From positions 61,442,001 through 61,506,000 of the forward strand of contig OX597825.1 in the NCBI GenBank assembly GCA_951406725.2: a stretch of 64,000 nt of DNA. Direction: 5' to 3'. The DNA comes from Octopus vulgaris (taxonomy: Eukaryota). Below are positions 63,105-64,000 of the stretch, piece after piece; position 1 is the first letter of the stretch; each line of letters begins with the position of its first letter. Both the position numbers and the translations under genes were made by a program. The notes under the pieces were generated by a model that had not been told where the DNA came from, ran no database searches, and worked only from the letters and a program-made list of their open reading frames with translations.

Positions 63105-63668
63105 CTGGGTTGTCTGGAAAGTTTGTGCCAATTTTTAAAGGAAAGAAAAAGGTCAATAAATACTTGCCATTACATTTTTAATCAACCAAATATGAACCAT
63201 TTTGTTGCACAATGCGTCTCCATCTTTCCTTTAACTTGAAAATATCCTCTTCCCAGAATTGAAGTGGTTTCATCGCAAAGAATTCATCAAGGTATCTTTT
63301 TACGTCATCCAAGGAATTGAAATCTTTACCATTAAGATTATTCTGCAGAGACCTGAATAAGGGGAAATCCAAAGAAGCAATATCTGGTGAATATGGTGGG
63401 TGGGGTAACACATCCCATCCAAGCTGCAGCAATTTTTGTCTGGTTCCCAAAGCATCAAGTGACGAAAATGAACTTTCTTTTCTCCATTTTAAAGGGTTAC
63501 AGAATTAACACATGTTATAGGAACATAAACCTTCTTCCACGAAAAGATAGCTTAAACTGTACTCTAAATGGAGGTGTAGTCAAATTCTATTTTATGGACC
63601 CAACCATGTTCTAAAATAAGCTGAACGGTAAGCTACTATAAACGGCACAAACTTTCCGGACAACCCAA
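63105..63668 (-). mobile_element. Non-autonomous mariner deletion derivative (564 bp), copy 2
   Basis: Colinear with 17085-17648; GWDVLPHPPYSPDIASLDFPLFRSLQN; inserted in an RTE-type tail. Confidence 0.92.
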
Positions 63669-64000
63669 TATTTTCCAAACTCATGCTAGCATGGAAAAAT
63701 GAATGTAAAAGTGAATGAACAAATGAAATTAGTCAGTCAAAGCTGAGAGTCAAATTGTAAGTTTAGATAAATTCTTCCCATTATGCAAGTTTCTAAAAAA
63801 ATAAAGAAAGAGAACGTTTATTGAATTTCTATGATTGGATTAAGAATGATTGATTGAGAGTTCTGAGATCTGAGGTGACTGCATGCTAAAAGATTTTATC
63901 GAAAGAACAAGAACTATTCAAGATTCATTATACATGATATTTCTTTTGCTTGTTTCAATCATTGGATAGCAGCCATGCAGACAACCAATCTACTTCTGTA

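Overview
AT-rich, repeat-dominated animal DNA, most likely intronic or intergenic sequence from a coleoid cephalopod (Octopus-like; inferred from the SINE and microsatellite make-up, not proven). No intact protein-coding gene is visible: the long ORFs in the track are microsatellite or SINE read-throughs or decayed transposase/RT fragments. Content: four tRNA-type SINE head families, labelled here A, B, C and E, two of which occur with alternative 3' tails; RTE and CR1-type LINE fragments; several mariner/Tc1 relics and MITEs; a hAT MITE; a short Helitron; large triplet microsatellites; several fold-back palindromes. The most notable unannotated signal is a set of short Penelope-like (PLE) fragments carrying minimal type I hammerhead-ribozyme (HHR) motifs, most ending in (TA)n tracts. 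Three families show non-canonical cores (A6U, U4C, U3-A8). A few candidate minus-strand exons without a clear ORF, including a 17-nt microexon, hint that the window lies inside a spliced transcript. All alignments and folds were done by eye, so boundaries are approximate unless TIRs or TSDs are stated.
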